A DNA stretch of 64,000 nucleotides, taken from Felis catus (lineage: Eukaryota). The notes under the pieces are model-generated. The model ran no database searches, was not told the origin of the DNA, and saw only the letters and a program-made list of their open reading frames with translations. Numbering within the stretch: the stretch's first letter is position 1; every line of letters starts with the position of its first letter. The translations under genes and the position numbers were made by a program. The stretch covers positions 64,296,001 to 64,360,000 of the forward strand of contig NC_058368.1 of assembly GCF_018350175.1 (NCBI RefSeq). Reading direction: 5' to 3'. Positions 38,780 through 53,379 of this stretch are shown here, in pieces.

Positions 38780-39230
38780 TTCTTCAATTTGTAGATGTGG
38801 TAACTGAGGTTCAGAAACATGAAGTATCTGAACTGTTGTTCCATGACCCATAAATGATAACACTGGTACTGTTTTTAGGACTATTTCAGCATAAAAGCTG
38901 CACCATAACCATTCACTATTGTGTTTGATGGTCTACTGGAGTGGGGCTGGCAGGCTAACGTAATAGAATGCTAGCTAACAACATCTAGTAGTACTTCTTA
39001 TAGGTTAGAGAGTATGTTACATTCTTCATATGTTAATTCATTCTCAAAGCAAGCATGTGGTATTAATATTAGTATTAACATAAACTGACTGTGAAAAACA
39101 AAGCAGCAAGAGCAGAGGTAACATATTTAACAAGTATCACTGGTTGTTGGTTGTATATGATGAAACAGGGAATTTAGCTCTGGTAATCTTAGAGAACTTG
39201 CTAGCTAAGAAACTAGTACTCTATTAGCTT
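38780..39230 (-). mobile_element. Two MIR remnants
   Basis: tttgtagatgtggtaactgaggttcaga; agctaacaacat...ttaattcattctca...agaggtaa. Confidence 0.55.
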
Positions 39231-42200
39231 AATCATAGCTGAGAAACAGCTTACTTTATGACTATCCCAGGGTAGAATGCTAATTAATTTCTCAGAGCTA
39301 TTCTATTTTGGCTGATTACAACCTGAGCTATTTCTGAGAATATACTGTATTTCCATGTACCTTATTTTGTCCTATTATGTACAATATAAGGAATCCATGC
39401 TAAGATACATGGACGTAAAGGACATCATAGATACATGATGTCAAAGATCAATAAAGCGAGAAGATTGTCTTGTCAGAAATCATAGTATTAAGTTCACAGG
39501 CTTTGGCTCAAATAGATGCTCTAGAGTAGACTTGTGGAATTACCGAAATGGAGGGCAGGGATTTATTGGACCTCATCTCGTGTCTGTTCAATATCCTCTT
39601 TGACTGTGGTCCCAATCTACTTTCTGCTCTCCTGTGATTCCCACATCCTTACCACTGAAATGTACATTTGGCGATGATCTCGGGGCCAGTGGAATGCCGT
39701 AGTTAGACATGCACATGGTAGCCGCAATCAAACCTCTTCTGGTCATTATTACAGCACAGTATGTGTACTTTGTTGCCATTGTTGCTATTACTGTCCATGT
39801 TCTCTGTATTACTAATCCTTTCCATTAAGTATGGGGAGACTTTCCTTCCATTGTAAACCTTCTCAGCTACAACCTAGCTCCCTCTCCATCTCTGGATACC
39901 ACTCAGGAACACTGGCACTCGTGCTAATAAGATCTAGCTCCTTAAGTTCACTGGAAAATATTACACCTTTAAATTACAATCCTGTACAATATAATAGACT
40001 CTTTATTTTTTTATTAGCATTCTCCAGTTATAATAGAGCTTAAATAGTAGTTAAGCAGAAGCATTCTATGAATTGCTTGGTATTTGAGTGTTGCCAGTAA
40101 GTGTGTGTGATTCTTGACATTTAGCTGGTGGGAACTTTCTTATCTCGTTTTGTTTTCCCCAAGCTAATCTGTGCAGTGAAGCAGCACTTTCTTTGTGTTG
40201 TGGTAAAGTGGTTATCTTCCTGTGGTATCTCCGATCAATTTTGTAATCTCCAGGCACCACGTGCCACTGTGTAAGAGTAAGAAAAGGCCTGAGAACACCA
40301 GAGGACTGAACTATTGTCCTCTGTGATCTCCCCTGGTTAGTAAGAAAGGAAGGGAGGGGAAAACAGCACCACATGACTGGTTATAAAGTATGCCTGCAAA
40401 TCCTTCTCATAGTTGAGCGATTGTACTATTTGATGCATTTGAAATTGTTTAAATACAGAGATGCACATGAACTGAGACTTGGTAGAAATAGAGAAGTAGT
40501 TTAATTACAGTAAATGAAGAGAAGAAAACACTGAAGCAGAAACAACAGATGGTCAAAGAAGAAAATGCTAATTCAAAACTGTAAGAAACATTAAGAGGAA
40601 ACTAAGAAATGAAGCTGGTTTTCCCAGACACAAAACCGTTTCTTCCACTGTTGTTGTTGTTGTTGTTGTTTTGTGTTTTTTTGACATCCTTAAGATTTGT
40701 CAGGAATGTTTTTTTGGCCCTTCCTTATTTTTAATGTCCACCCATATTATCTTATATGGTCTAATTTAATTTAGAGGGTATTTCCCATCCTAAGAATATT
40801 TCATAGTAGGAACTTATGAGTTTCAAAGATTAGAAGTATTGAACTATACTATACTATAATGGAACTATTATAGCTAAGAGTATAAAATTATTTTTCAAAT
40901 ACTATACACTTAGTATATTTATTGCAAAATTAACATGTGGTCATTTAATACGAACAAACAATAACTTTAGGCCAACTATCCGTATGCACCAGGTGGTCTA
41001 TAGAACCTGTTTTTCTATTTTATGCAAAATTGTTTTAGGCTTATTGAAAAATAATTTGAGCTAGTGTTACAAACTTTTTATGATGACCATAAATCCTCAA
41101 GAGGACTCTCTTACTCCATGTTCTCTCCTTGTTTGTATAAATTACTCTTACAGGAAAAGTGGCAATTAGAACCTGTCACTGAAGCTAAAAGGAAAAAAAA
41201 AAAAAAACAATTTCATGTTCAGATGAAGATTAATAGCACAAAAAAGATTTCACACCTGACCTCAAGGCCATTTTGTTCTATGAAAGTTGGACCCAATAAA
41301 CTTGAAAGACTTCTTTCTCTTGTATTTGACACATGGAAATAATCATCATGTTCGTTACACCCTAGTAATTTTAGCCAAACTTATTCCCACCCTAGTCTGG
41401 AGATAAAATAAATCTTATTTAACATCAGGGGTCAGCTTTTCCTTCGTGATTGTACTTTTTTATTAGCGACAGCAGAACGTTATCCTTAAGAGTATCAAGG
41501 GTCTTCTATCAGAACAATTTATAATTAGCTGGTTTTTATATACTAAAGTTTCCTTTATTTGCCATTTATCTGTAAAAATGACACACTGTTTCTGTAGGTA
41601 GACCTCTTATTCAGCACACTGGTAGAAAGTATAAATTGTGCGTTGTTAATATGGGACATAAAAAATTCATATTTTTTTCCATAACCTTTGTACACTTTGT
41701 ATAACTATGGCTCTGGATGGATGATAACAGTTGGGTTGAAAGAGTTTGGAAAACTAGCTTTCTTCCATTTAACGGAGGCTAGCTCTGTGGGCAGTATACT
41801 TGTAATTCATGACAGATCAAAATTTAAAAGAGAAAGTTGACACGGTTTTTTAATTTCTTTTGGTCAATGAAATGTTTGAAGGCATTCAAGTCTCAGCCTG
41901 GTGTTATTGCTGTGAAAAAAAACTAGTACACACATCCAATTTTTTTTTTTTTTATCAAACACTGTTTTCATAACATGAAAATGTTGTTCATATTTTAACC
42001 TGAACATGAGGGATAAAATAGGTTATGATTGCTTGCAATTATTTAAAGATAATCTAAACTCAAAAAGAACTTTGCGCATGATTAGAGGAAAAATGAATGA
42101 GTGAAAACTTGAGGTAATGTTAGTCATGTCACCAGAACATTTCTGTCAGTAATCTGATTGTTGACTAAGACCTTTTATCTTCTGTTCTCTCTTAACAATG

Positions 42201-42371
42201 AAGAGTAACAAATAAACCATTAGGAAGTTCCTCTGTGGCAGAGTATCAAATGTTCTCATTAATTTTACAAAGCATTATCAAAATTAATGACAAGATTGAA
42301 TGCTTCAGGAAACTTTTTTAGATCTTTTAATTCTCAAGACATTCCATAAACTGTTCTGTAGTTATAATAAT

Positions 42372-42918
42372 CCTGCAAAGAGAAAAAACTTTGCAAGTCC
42401 AGGACTGCTCTTGTTAAAAAGACATGCTTGCAAGGTTGGCCCTTGGTTGGCTTATGGTAACGTGGTTTCAAGAGGATTCCCACCATTCCCAGAACTTAAA
42501 AAAGGGACTCACTTGCCTAAATTGGCACAAACATTGTTTTCTAATGAAGACTTGCTTTCCTCTTGGAGGTCTAGAATTTAAATATGTATTAGGCAGAAGG
42601 TGCCTATATGACCACCCGCCTCCCCCAAACCTTGGATTCCTAGGTACAGGTGAGTATCCTTTGGATATAAAATTTCATTTGTTGTTGCAATTCTGTCACT
42701 CCTTGGAGGATCGGAGTATGTTGTGTATGGCTCTATTAAGAGAGGACTTTTGAATATCACATCTGTTTGTGTGTATTTTGCCTCATGTGCCTTTTCCCCT
42801 CGCTAATTTTGCTTTTTATCTATTAGCTGAGTCCTAACCAAAACAAACACATGCTGAGTTCTGTGAGTTGTTCCAGGAAATCACCAAATCTAGAGGTGGT
42901 CTTGGGCACCCCTGACAT
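42372..42918 (+). mobile_element. MER68-like ERVL solo LTR
   Basis: tgcttgcaaggttggcccttgg; ttcccaccattccc; aggcagaaggtgcctatatgacca; terminal gtggtcttgggcacccctgaca. Confidence 0.85.
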
Positions 42919-43973
42919 TGTAATAATCATAGAAACCATTTTTGTCACTTGTATTTTCCAACTTATGTACCTTTTTCCCAGCCCTAGACCACCTCTTACC
43001 CTCTCAACTACTGAGTGGCTTGTTAGTGCTGAGCATGGATGGTACCCCTCTGTGAGATTATTCCTGACTTTCACAGTATTCCTCAAATAGAAAGAACTCT
43101 GGAGTATTCTGACTGTAATTATCCATATTTCTTCTATGTCATGAATTGGTGTACTTCATGATGTATCTATGTATCCTCCCCTACCTGATTTTAAGTTACT
43201 TGAATGGGGAGACTTGTTGTTGTTGTGCCATGCTTAGTGGCTTAAGCTCTGTGTGAATCTTGTCTTTGACTTCAGTGAATGAATTTGTATATTTAAGTTC
43301 TTCTTTTGATAAAAGAAAGTCATTGAATTAAATAACGTTGTACAACTTCAATCTTATCTCAGTATCTATACTAAAACTGGGAATTAGGGTTTCTGAGGGG
43401 CAGTCTTAAAGTATAATGCAGCTGTTGTTGAATTTTAAGGAATTTAGTGTTCTGTAAATAATCAGTAGAGTCTAATAACTTTGATTAATTGACCTGAAAT
43501 ACAAATGTGTGAACTATTGCCAGCTGATTTCTGGATACATATAAAAGGGAACAAAAATGACTCAAGAGAATTGAATTTACTTTTGAAATGTATATGTATA
43601 TGTAAGCAAAATAATATAAACTAGTCATAAGTTAGAGCAATTGTTGAGGGGAGGAGAAACAAAACAAAACAAACAAAAAAATCTGATTTCAAATTCTTCC
43701 CCAAGATGTCTTAAAGAATCCTTTCCCAAAGGCTCAATGTCATTTTTGCTGTTAAGGTCTTTTAAAAAAAATTCAGATTGCTAAATATGAGGCAACAGAT
43801 GAAAGCTAAGAATCTACTGGATAGAATTTTGAAAATAGAAATTTGAAAGCCACTATTGTATCTTAAGTGCAGGTTTTAAAACTTTTGATATAATTGTAAA
43901 GGGAGTTTAAGAGAAAAACAGTTAATATTCTGGATCTGTAATTTTTCCATGTTAAAATTTCCTCAAATTCCTT

Positions 43974-44126
43974 GATACTTGGATGGCTCAATCTGTTAAG
44001 CCTCTGACTCATGATTTCAGTTGAGCTCATGAACTGAAGTTCATGAGATCAGGCTCTGTACTGACAGTCCAAAGCCTGCCTGGGATTCTCTCTCTCCCTC
44101 TCTCAATAAGTAAATAAACATTAAAA
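43974..44126 (+). mobile_element. Degraded Can-SINE
   Basis: ggatggctcaatctgttaagc...ctgggattctctctc...taaataaacattaaaaa; TSD-like ttcctca(a/g)attc. Confidence 0.85.
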
Positions 44127-44190
44127 AACTTCCTCAGATTCTTATGTTTATTTGAATTGATTATAAACTAAAACCTTTGAGATGATTATC

Positions 44191-44381
44191 TTTTAAAGTA
44201 TTTTCTTAAGTTCATTTATTTACTTTGAGAGAGAGCAGGTGAGGAGCAGAAAGGGAGAGGGAGAGCGAGTATTCCAACCAGGCTCCACACTGTTGGTGCA
44301 GAGACTGATATGGGGCTCAAACTCAAGAACCTTGAGATCATGACCTGAGCTGAAATCTAGAGTCAGACACTTAATCACCCC
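44191..44381 (-). mobile_element. Can-SINE (head eroded)
   Basis: gagagagagcagg...caggctccacactg...gagatcatgacctgagctgaa. Confidence 0.88.
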
Positions 44382-44929
44382 AAATCCTTGAGATTATTTT
44401 GACACTTCTGAATAACTATGGCAGATTAATGAAAAACCATCTCCTGGCTACAATTTTTATATGTTTTCAAAAAGGAAAAGTGTCAATCAAGGTATAAACT
44501 CAGATAATGGGAGAAAAGAGCACATGAAGTGCTAAGCATAGTGATTAAGCATTAAAAGGAATCTCTTACTACCTCCAGTTGTGTGTGTAGCTTTTCAGGA
44601 TTTCAAGAAAGACCCTGACCATGGACCAGTTAAATCTGGAAGCAATGGAAATTCTTGAAGTAAATGCATGGAGACTTGAGAGACCCAGGTCCCTTGCTCA
44701 GCCTTGAGTAGCCCAGCAAATATCGGCGTCCAGTTTTCTTCATGGCCCTTGTTAAAACTGAGTAGGAGTGAGTTTAGCGTGAAGGCAAAAAATTCAGTAA
44801 TTGATTCTGAACATGGAAACACCAGGCTAAGGAGAAGAAGAAAGTAAATCCAACAAGTTGGTATGGTGAGTTAATACATATGAACTGAACATTGTTCTCC
44901 AAGGCTCTTTTTTTTTTATTTGTTTCCTA

Positions 44930-46011
44930 GTCACCTGCCAACCTCAAAAAAGTCCCCCTAGACATAAGATAAGGGAATGATTCTCCCAGAGAATCTAGAT
45001 GGCCCCCACAATAGGTCTTCAAAGAGGGATGTGGATAATTGTCCAAAGAAAACTTTGCCTTACCCAGTGACTCCTCAGTGAGGCCTATTAAGCTATTTTC
45101 ATAAAGGGTTTCTCATCAACTTTTATGGCCCCCTTTTTGAAATAGTGCCAAAGATCACCAGATAATTGAAGGAAGGCCTTCAATGTGAAAGACAGAAGTC
45201 AAAATAAATTTGGAGAAAATCTACAATAGAGGAAGTATAATGTTAAAAGGAAGAAAAAAGCTAAAGGTCCTATGTTCTGAGATTGATCCAAAGAGACATA
45301 CATGACACAAAATAAAATATATAAAATAAAACAGATTTTAAAACTATTGTGGTATTTAAAGACTAGGTCAAACAGGCAAGGGTAGGATAAGAAAGTCAAA
45401 TCATATAAAAAGAAAAAAGAAAATGTAGCTCTTCAAGGATAAGTTAAAGGGGTCCTATGTACATTCAATAGGGATTCTAACATTAACTAGTAAATGAAAT
45501 TAGAGCAAAAAGAGAAATTGCAGAGAAAGCAACTAACTAGAAAATGTTACAAAGCTCCCTAAATAAAGTATCTGAGAATTTATTTTGAAGAGCCTGTCCT
45601 GTATGTACTCAACAAATACCTTCACAAGTTTAGAGAAAAATGATCAACTAGAAATCTGTACCCACTTGATTAACAATAAAGAAGGGAACATGATACACAT
45701 TGTGGACATAAAAAAAACAAAAAATTACCTTTTATGTACCGATTCTTTGGAAGTTAGAGGATTTTCATCAGAAAAATAATTAAATGAAGAGAAGGGATTT
45801 GTGAAGATCCCTCCTTGGAAAGCAATCAGGCTGAATAGCAAGGTGATGGCAGTTGGAGTGTCCCTCAGGGGAGCAATGAGGATGGAGTAGAAAGCTCGAA
45901 CCCTGGGAGATGGTAGTCAGGGAGAAGAACAAAGATTTACCTATACACCTAATGATTATTTGGAAGAGCTTGATATGTCTAGAAGATTTGCTTAAACATC
46001 TGGGGGGAAAA

Positions 46012-46042
<31 letters not shown>

Positions 46043-46505
46043 CACAAGAATGATACATAAAGCAAACAAAAATACTAGCCAAACATAAACTTGCACGAGA
46101 AAGCAAAAGTAATAAAATATACCATGTGGCCCAGTGGTATTTACATAGTTAAGAAAATGTAAACTCTGACCACTGATTTAACCAAAACTGGAATAACCCT
46201 GTACATGGTCTTGGAGGGAGTGGAAATGTTAAAGATGAGAGCCCAAGAAAATAACTTCATACCTGCCATGGCAGGAAGTCATGGGCCCATATCTGAAATT
46301 GATAATACAAATAACAGCCATGTAACTATATTTATTTGGGTAAGGAAATGAGTTCCTAATGAAAGAACTGACCTGGTCCTTTCCTTTGGAAAGCAGCGGT
46401 GAGGAAGTACCATCCAGAGAATGGGAATGGGAATTGATTTTTACAAAATACTAAGTATTGGTGATTCCTTACATTATATGAACCAGAACCATAAACATTT
46501 TAAAA
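44930..46505 (+). mobile_element. HAL1/L1ME-like ancient LINE-derived remnant, with (TG)n at 46014-46042
   Basis: A-rich sense strand; ccaaagatcaccagataattgaaggaaggcc...tgaaagacaga and ctgatttaaccaaaa resemble HAL1; boundaries approximate. Confidence 0.5.
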
Positions 46506-46679
46506 ATCTGTATCGATGAGAGAAGGTAATGTTTTGTTTGCTTTTTATCCTAGAAAAATATATGGGCATATTTTTATTTGGGTTGTGAATTGAGAAATCA
46601 AGCAAAACTATTCTCTTACTTGCATTATTTTCTATGATTGGATTTAGATTTATGCTGTCAGTATTTATATTTTCTACTT

Positions 46680-46890
46680 TTTAAAAAATGTTTCTTTTTT
46701 GAGAGAGACTGAGCGAAGGCCGGTGAGCTCAGCGGGGGAGGGGCAGAGACAGAGAGGGAGACACAGAATCTGAAGCAAGCTCTAGGCTCTGAGCGCTAGA
46801 CGGCCTACACAGGGCTGGAAGCCACGAACCGTGAGATTATGACCTGAGCTGAAGTCAGACGCTTAACCGACTGAGACATCCAGGTGCCCC
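46680..46890 (-). mobile_element. Can-SINE
   Basis: Reverse body ending caggtgcccc; flanks tatat..ttctact. Confidence 0.93.
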
Positions 46891-47377
46891 TATATATTCT
46901 ACTCTTAATAAAGTTTCCATTGTGAATAAGGTACATATTGAACATCTGAAAAAGAAAATCTAAAACGAAGGTCATTGTTAAAGAAACTTCTGCATTATGG
47001 TGAAACCAACGTGACCTATCTTAAATCTTTCAAGAGGCTATTGGTTACTATTCATTTATAGCTCTGTTGTGGTGTCAGATTGTGAGTTTGGTCATGTATT
47101 TAGTTTCTTATGTATAATTCAGCAACCGCCATGCTTGATTTTACCTTCTTGAACTTCCTATACCTTCAAAAGCCTCCAAAAGTTACTTTTAACTTTTCAG
47201 AGACTTACAGTCAACATGACAAAATACTTTGCCATAAGTGTTACATATTGCAAAGAATTGTCCGTGGCAATGAACTCTTGGTAGGTGGGTATAGGTGCAG
47301 TGCAACATTGTTCTATAGTCTCAATCTCTCCCACCACCTCCAACCTACCCTAAGCATTTAGAATATAAAATTGTATT

Positions 47378-47596
47378 GGGGCGCCTGGGTGGCTCAGTCG
47401 GTTGAGCGTCCGACTTCAGCTCAGGTCACGATCTCACGGTTCGTGAGTTCGAGCCCCGCGTCAGGCTCTGGGCTGATGGCTCAGAGCCTGGAGCCTGCTT
47501 CCGATTCTGTGTCTCCCTCTCTCTCTGCCCCTCCCCTGTTCATGTTCTGTCTCTCTCTGTCTCAAAAATAAATAAACATTAAAAAAAATTAAAAAA
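47378..47596 (+). mobile_element. Near-consensus felid Can-SINE
   Basis: CpG-rich; TSD aaaattgtatt at 47367-47377 and 47597-47607. Confidence 0.97.
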
Positions 47597-49830
47597 AAAA
47601 TTGTATTAAGGTGGAGTTTATTACTTACCCTTATTTATTAGCTTTTCATACACTGCTTCCTCTTAGGATGGAGAATTATTAAAGAAAATAAGTTTTTCTA
47701 AAGTAAATTATTCCTAGTATTTGCTTAAGGAAAAAAAAGTAGAAATCTTATTGCTATTCTGTAGATGATGAGATCCAGAGCAGATATGGTCTAATGTGAA
47801 AAATCTAGACCAAAGAGAAGACAGCTTTGAAAATGATGTGTTGGATTAATATTTGCCTAACTCCTATCTCCAAAGTAAAGAGTATATAAAATATGTCCTC
47901 ATATAGTTGGACTTCTTAAAATATTATAATCTAAAATCACATATTTTCAGCCTAATTATGGAGCTATAGTGCAATTGGGGGGTTAAAAAAATTAAAGATA
48001 AGGTTGTCAAATGGTATGGTGGTGATGAGAGAGTATCAATGTAATGAACAAATAGTATTTAAGTGTCTAATAACATTGAAACAATTCAGTTATTTTATGT
48101 AATATGTTTTCTTTTGATATCCGCATATTTATTTCTTGACTCCAAGTTTTAATTTTGAGATTTCTGCTATCTGGCTATCTCATTCCCAATATGTTAAGAC
48201 TGCAAGTAACTTAAATAACGATTGTGCTTATTAATGACCTACTAAGTCAATTGCCTTTGCATTACTGTAGGAAACTCAAGAGAGAGAACTTGATAATGGG
48301 TATAAATAATCAGAATACACTTAAAACTATATTAAAACATACTGCCCATTATCTCTTTAGGGCAAGGATTATTTTAATTACTGTTTTTTTCTGGGTCTGG
48401 TACAATGATTGGCACATAGTAGATCGTTAAAATTACACTGATTAATGAAAAGAAATATGAAGAGAATTTTCTGTGCAACTAGAAAGTAGAAATCCTAGTT
48501 AATGACTATATCATTATGCAATTCCACTTTTAAAATAAAAATCCTTAATAAATGGGATGTCTTTAGGGAAAAACAGGATGAAGAGGTGGCAAGGTGTCTT
48601 TGAAAAGCAAAGGTCCTTTATAATGGGATAGCCAAAAATTGGACCTATTTCTATAATTTTGGATAAGTTAAACATCTACTTGAAATATCCATTTCCTAAA
48701 AAATAAATCTGGTGGTATTAGCCCCTAACTTGTAAGGCTTCTGAAGCTAAGAGGCAAATTATGTAAAGGATTCAACATAGTATATGGTAGCTGTTGTAGA
48801 TAGGAATCTAATTTGAATTATACACAATTTGACGTTGTTTTCCTTCTTTACAGGAAGCTAACTCACAGTAATAATCATGGAGTAAAGCAACTTTTCCTTT
48901 TCCATACTTCTCCACAGTACAGTTTTTCTCTTTTCTGGCAAAGAAAATTCCAAGGGTGAGATAATTACTTATATGGCCATTAAGTGTTTCTTCCAGTGCT
49001 CCCTATTCAATCTAGTCAACAAAAATGCTAATTAGTCCTAATTGTTTAGAGAACACCTGTCGGTCCATTAATAGATAGAGAAATCCCTAAAGCATCCCTC
49101 AGAAAATAGGATATTTTAATTCCCCCTGAGATGAATTTAACTCTATCATTAAGAGGTAAAAAGGTTTAGAATTAAGCCAGCCTTAATCTACCATTTTAAC
49201 AACCTATAGAAATATATAGACCCAGACCTATATTCTTCCAGAGGTTGCTTAATCTGAAAAACAAATGCTAAGTAGAAATTTCTTAAGTGAACTCCTGGCA
49301 CATATGTTGTTCTCAATGGGATGAAAACATGGTGTGAATATTTTATGATCATAAACTATTCTGATCAAATATGACATGGCAGTTATTCTTGGTTTACCTT
49401 TGATAATTTTCTGAATTGTAGAAGGAAAAAAAATTTTGTCATTCAGTCTGATCTGTTTCAGTGGGTTCTATTGGCCTGTCCATATAGTCAAATTATTCAA
49501 AAATTCATCTTAGAAGTAGCAGGCAGTGGATACGTGGTTGGGTTGTAGTGGTGGTGAAGGTTTATGCAGTAAGTCAAATTCAAATAATTTCATCTTAGAG
49601 ATAGTAATATCGCAAGGTTACTTTCATTGACCATTTCTTCTATAAATTACATAGCATCTCTACATTCTTAAAGTTGGAGTAGAGGAATGTCGTAAGTGTC
49701 CAACTTACGAAAGCTGGCTAGGGTCAGCAATATTTCTCATGTGTCTGGCAGATACAGTCGATCCCCATTCACTAATGGAAATTCATAGATATAGCAGACC
49801 CATTTTACTCTCTCACCTGACACAAGTTCT

Positions 49831-50034
49831 TGTTTTTTCTTCTTTTTTCTTTTTCTTTTGAGAGAGAGTGCATGAGTAGGGGAGAGTGAGAGAGGGGGAG
49901 AGAAAGAGAATCTTAAGCAGGCTCCATGCTCAGCACAGAGCCTGACATGGGGGCGCTATCCCATGACCATGGGATCACAACCTGAGTCAAAATCAAAATT
50001 CAATGTTCAACCAACTGAGCCACCCAGGTGCCCC
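49831..50034 (-). mobile_element. Can-SINE (older)
   Basis: Reverse body ending cacccaggtgcccc. Confidence 0.92.
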
Positions 50035-51200
50035 ACAGATTCTCATTTTAAGTGCTATTATCTATATCTCCAAAAGAAGGACTTAAAATGGAGAACTTAA
50101 AATGGATAGGAAGATATCAAATACATAGAAATTTATCATGAATTTATAGCCTGAACTACAGTTAAAAATTTTTTTTTCCAGAGGTAGAAGTTTCTCATAG
50201 TGGCTTTGAGCTTCCCTCCTATCACAAATCGCAATATTGTAGGATGTTCCCTTTCTAATCTAAAGAGACCATATTAAATCTGTAATTGAAGCAGTTATCA
50301 AAACTTCCACATTTTTTCAACCATTCATGCAAGAGTATTGAAGCTGTTTTCAAGAGAATCTTCAACTTGACCTGAAGAACTTCTTAGTGTATATGAATGA
50401 TACTCTTTCAGAAATCGCTTGAACTAAATTGAGCATTTCAATCATATCTAAATGTCAGCCACTTTCTGTAGCTGCCATGTAATCTTTTGGGCTGTCTATC
50501 TTTAGATTATTGCTTTATTGCCACTATGGCTACAAAATGCTTTTATACTTGGTTATCATCTTATTTCTGTGTAATGGAAGAACAATGCCTATGACACCAC
50601 ATCAGAAAGGGATTTTTAAATGGTGAATCTGCCTTACAGCAACCAACTTAAGTATGAAATCAGATGCAGAGGAAAGTCACTGCTGTTACCAAGTACCATG
50701 TTCTACTGTATAAAGCAAAATTTGTAGCAATTAAAAACGCATAGCTCTTTTATTACAGTTTTCAGTAATTCACACTGAGTAAGCTATTGAATCATTGGTT
50801 TGTTAAGACCTAACAATGCAAACACTTACTCATCTGATGGGACTGACTTTGGCAGAGAATCTAGTCTACATTTTTAGAGCAGGACATATGTAGACAAAAT
50901 AGCAACAATTTGGGGCCATACTAATCATTAGAAAGATAAAAACAATTAAAATCGAAGTGAAGTCAGGGGAATATTGAGAAATACTTAGGGAAGCTTTTAA
51001 ATGTACTTTATGATTTTAGAACAGGTAAACTATCTGCATAAACTCAACCAAGAAAGTTGGTCAGGGGCAAAAAGAAATATTAAAGTCATTTATCTTTTTA
51101 GGCTTCATATCCTTGAAAAAGGTCACCATTTTATTCATCCCATGTCTATCTTTATGTTCTAGTTTCTTCACTGGGAAATGTTTTTGATAATTAAAATAGA

Positions 51201-51330
51201 GGGGCGCTTGGGTGGCTCAGTCAGTTAAGGATCTGACTTCAGATTTAGGTTCAGGTCATGATCTCAAAGTTTGTTAGTTTGATCCCCATATCAGCTCTGC
51301 GCTGACAGTGCAGAGCCTGCTTGAGATTCT
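51201..51330 (+). mobile_element. Can-SINE lacking CT tract and A tail
   Basis: ggggcgcttgggtggctcag...gagcctgcttgagattct, then stops. Confidence 0.9.
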
Positions 51331-52227
51331 TTCAAGCAAGTTGAGTTTTTTATAATTAAATACAATGCTGTTGTTTCAGTGCAGTGTCACAAATCTCCAT
51401 TTTTCTGTTAAAAATAGGATGGGATAATTAACCTACTAGGTTGAGATGAATGTCTTCCATAATAAGGAAAATTTTCTTTATTAGCAGTTTGAACTGAAAT
51501 TCCAAGTCAATCCAATTAAGATGATGTCCTTTAATTATTAGTAGTGACTTTTCCTATGTTGCTACTACTCAAAATTTACTGTTTTTTTTCTCACTTTTCT
51601 CCTTGCTTTATTAATTTTTTTCTTGAATTTATCTTAAATGCTCTCTCCCTTTTTTCCGTATTACAATTGCTACAGCAGAATAGCCAACTAGTATTTTTAG
51701 TTATCCTCAAAGCTAAGCATATTTCTGATGTTGCTTTAAAACATGAAAACACTTGAAAAATTTAAGTTAGCCCTCACTTTTCCTAAGGATTCAGATGGAA
51801 TATCATTCCTTCTTCCTATGTAGAGGTTTTACCCTGACTTCTGAAATAAGGCAATGTTGATTGAACTTCAATATTATAAAAAGCACTAATTCAATGGAAT
51901 CTACTTAAAATTATCTTAAATATGTTCCATTTTTTGACTAGGATATTTAATGGGTATTAATATAATGTTTGTACTAAAGCTTTAAATATAATCAACTTAT
52001 TTTTTGTTAGAAATTTCAAAAAAATCACATTCTCCATGTTGAAAGGGCTCTGTAGATCCAGTCTAAAATGAGATGAAGAGACGAAGTATTTATTTATTTT
52101 GTACTTGATTCTTCTTTACTCCAGATTCAGGCTTATACTCACTCTGATAACCATCTTTCTAATCAACAAATTCTTCCATTATTAGGCAACTAAAAGGAGT
52201 ATATATATCTTTTTCCACTGTACATAT

Positions 52228-53145
52228 GTTTTTTTTTTCGTTGTTGAGTGGTTTATTTCATTTCATCTTATTTTAGGAATAGAATTCAGTGATTCATCAG
52301 TTACATATAACACTCAGTGCTCATCCACCAGTGTCCTCCTTAATGCCCATCACCCACTTAGCCCATCCTCCCACCTACCTCCCTTCCAGCAATCCCGTTT
52401 GTTCTCTGTATTTAAGAGTCTCTCATGGTTTGTCTCCCTCTGTTTTTATTCTTCTCACTTCCCTTCCCTTATGTTCATCTGTTTCTTAAATTCCACATAT
52501 GAATGAAATCATATATTTGTTTTTTCTCTGATTGAATTATTTCATTTAGCATAATACACTCTAGATCCATCCATGTTGTTGCAAATAGCGAGATTTCATT
52601 CTTTTTGATTACTGAGTAATATTCAATTGTATATATGTAGCACATCTTCTTTATCCATCAGTTACCGGATGGTCTCTTTCCATACTTTGTCTATTGTCAA
52701 TAGTGCTATAAACTTTGGGGTGCATATGACCTTTTGAATCAGCATTTTTGTATCCTTTGGATAAACACCTAGTAGTACAATTACTGGATCATAGAGTAGT
52801 TCTATTTTTAATTTTTTGAGAAACCTCCACACTGTTTTCCGGAGTGGCTGCACCTGTTTACATTCCCACCAGCAGTGCAAAAGGGGTCCCCTTTCTCCAT
52901 ATCCTCACCAATATCTGTTGTTGGCTGAGTTAATTTTAGCCATTCTGCAAGGTGTGAAATGGTATCTCCTTGGGATTTTGATTTATATTTCTCTGATGAT
53001 GAGTGATGTTGAGCATCTTTTCATGTGTCTGTTAGCCATAAGGATGTCTCCTTTGGAAATGTCTATTCATGTCTTTTGTCTATTTCTTCACTGGATTATT
53101 TTTTGGGTTTTTTTGGGGGGGCGGGATGTTGAGTTTGAGAAGTTA
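52228..53145 (-). mobile_element. Carnivore L1 3' fragment (3' UTR and ORF2 C-terminus)
   Basis: T-tract at 52229; ORF 52662-52880 [31 protein letters not shown] is the L1 ORF2 CCHC region. Confidence 0.93.
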
Positions 53146-53379
53146 TTTTTTTTAATTTTTTTAAGTTTAATTTTATTTTCTTAATTTACATCCAAGTTAG
53201 CATATGGTGCAACAATGATTTCAGGAGTGGATTCCTTAATGCCCCTTACCCATTTAACCCATCCCCCTCCCACAACCTCTCCAGTAACCCTCTGTTTGTT
53301 CTCCATATTTAAGAATCTCTTAGGTTTTCCCCCTCCCTGTTTTTATATTATTTTTATATTGTTTTTACATTATTTTATA

